NCBI GenBank assembly: GCA_030390025.1
Contig: CM059446.1
Span: forward strand, 29,884,001 to 29,948,000
DNA length: 64,000 nucleotides
Reading direction: 5' to 3'
DNA from: Squalus acanthias
Lineage: Eukaryota
Shown: piece by piece, positions 62,593 through 64,000 of the stretch
Position numbering within the stretch: the first letter of the stretch is position 1
Layout: each line of letters begins with the position of its first letter
Notes under the pieces: generated by a model
What the model saw: only the letters and a program-made list of their open reading frames with translations
Database searches by the model: none
Told to the model about the DNA's origin: nothing
Made by a program: the position numbers and the translations under genes

Positions 62593-63828
62593 GTACAACA
62601 TGAAAAGGTGCTTTTGCGGTCTATAAAAATTAGAATGCTGTTTCACATTGCTGCTGACTGACAGGAGATGGACTGAAGTGTATTGCTTTGGTTATCTTTA
62701 TTCAACTCTTGTTCTGAAGAAGTCAGCTGATTCACTCCATGGTGAGGGGAAGGGGCTTGCTGAGAAGCCTCTGCCTCTGATGGCGCTGCTCGGAGATCTG
62801 AATGAAAACATTCTCAACCGTCTCAAGCAGAATCACACCTCCTGAAGTTGCAGCAATCTGCAGATCATTTTGTCGCTTTTAATTTGATGCAATTTTATTT
62901 TCTTGACTTTAAAATTTCCCTTTGGTTTGACAGCTTTTGAGGAATGGCTTGCTAAAGTGACGATTATTGATGAATGGTTGTTAATTGCACAGAATATATA
63001 TTTTCCAAGGTTTCAGCCAATAAAAACCTGTGTGACATAATGCAAATACAACAGAAATTTATTGCAATCATGAAATAGTTTGCAAGGGAACAATAAATTG
63101 TACCGGTCCTCTTAAATCTCCTTCCCTCTGCTGCATTGTATATCTGAACGTGCTGAACCAGAGTAGGGGGAATATCAAGTGTCAGAATCTTGTGTGAAAT
63201 ATTATTAATGCTGGAGCAACAGCTGCTCTCCGATCCTCTGCCTATGGTTCCCATAACATGGGCTTACTGGGAAATGTCGGACATATCCTTGCAGAATGTG
63301 CGTGAGCTTTCACTAGCAAGGACACAGATGTGGCAAAATAGACAGGGGATTAATTCACAAAGTGACTGACATATGTGAAGAAACAGCAGGGATTATGTAA
63401 CGGGTGTGTTGGGTTTCGGTTCGCCTCGCTGTTCAGTGTCTGCTGCGACTGTCTCGACAGTCACTGTCACAATATAAGGTCCCGTTCAACCGGGCTTCAG
63501 AACATTAATGCTTTGGGCTTTTTAATTTGTTAGGTGGTTTCAACAGGAAGTGAATCTCTTTCACTTATTAAAGTAGCGTCGTCTTTCAGAGTCCAGGCCC
63601 CGATATTAATCTGAAGACGACTTCTGAGCGGGGGTGGTGGGTGGAATTTAATGGGGGAAACCCGGAAGTCAACCGAGCGTGTCGGTATCTGCGATCTCAA
63701 CTCAATTCAACCAATTAATTTTGACTTCTGGGTTTCGCATCTCCCAGCTGCGCAGTGGGCGTGATGCGCACTCGCATGACACGATTTTTAAAGGGACAGT
63801 CAACAAATGGAAATTGGAGGTGTTCAGG

Positions 63829-64000
63829 ATGGATGGTGGACATAGAGCAAGGGCAGCACCCAGATTCAATGACGCATCACTGGAATTACTGCTGGGTGCA
63901 GTCAGGAGCAGGAGGGACATCATTTTCCCCAGCAATGGGAGGGAGAAACCTGCAGCTCTCACCAAGGCGGCGTGGTTGGAGGTGGATGAGGAGGTGAGCA
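63829..64000 (+). CDS. Start of a Harbinger-type Myb/SANT-like ORF, running off the window; the element probably begins near 63595
   Basis: Manual translation MDGGHRARAAPRFNDASLELLLGAVRSRRDIIFPSNGREKPAALTKAAWLEVDEEVS aligns by eye with the 24540 Myb-like protein; GGCCCCGATATT TIR-like motif at about 63596. Confidence 0.7.
   Translation, partial: MDGGHRARAAPRFNDASLELLLGAVRSRRDIIFPSNGREKPAALTKAAWLEVDEEVS

Overview
Eukaryotic vertebrate DNA, most likely a cartilaginous fish (shark), judged from HE1-like V-SINEs, Deu-domain SINEs and the LINE and Penelope-like families present. The window appears to be intronic sequence of a minus-strand ADAMTS17/19-type metalloprotease gene; one exon is visible (13090-13267, last TSP1 repeat). 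Bases 1-11.9 kb are a 15/16-bp G-rich satellite, followed by a 39-bp minisatellite. The rest is deeply nested transposable elements: CR1 and L2 LINEs, a single-ORF LINE with a tRNA-like head and its non-autonomous derivative, SINEs, a two-gene Harbinger transposon (transposase plus spliced Myb/SANT gene) and related MITEs, a Penelope-type hairpin with a hammerhead-like motif, a foldback-like inverted minisatellite pair, and an 8-kb two-LTR endogenous retrovirus with a tRNA-Arg PBS, 5-bp TSD, no recognisable pol and a Cys-rich env-like remnant. All identifications are by eye and from recalled family motifs; no searches were run, and many repeat boundaries are approximate.
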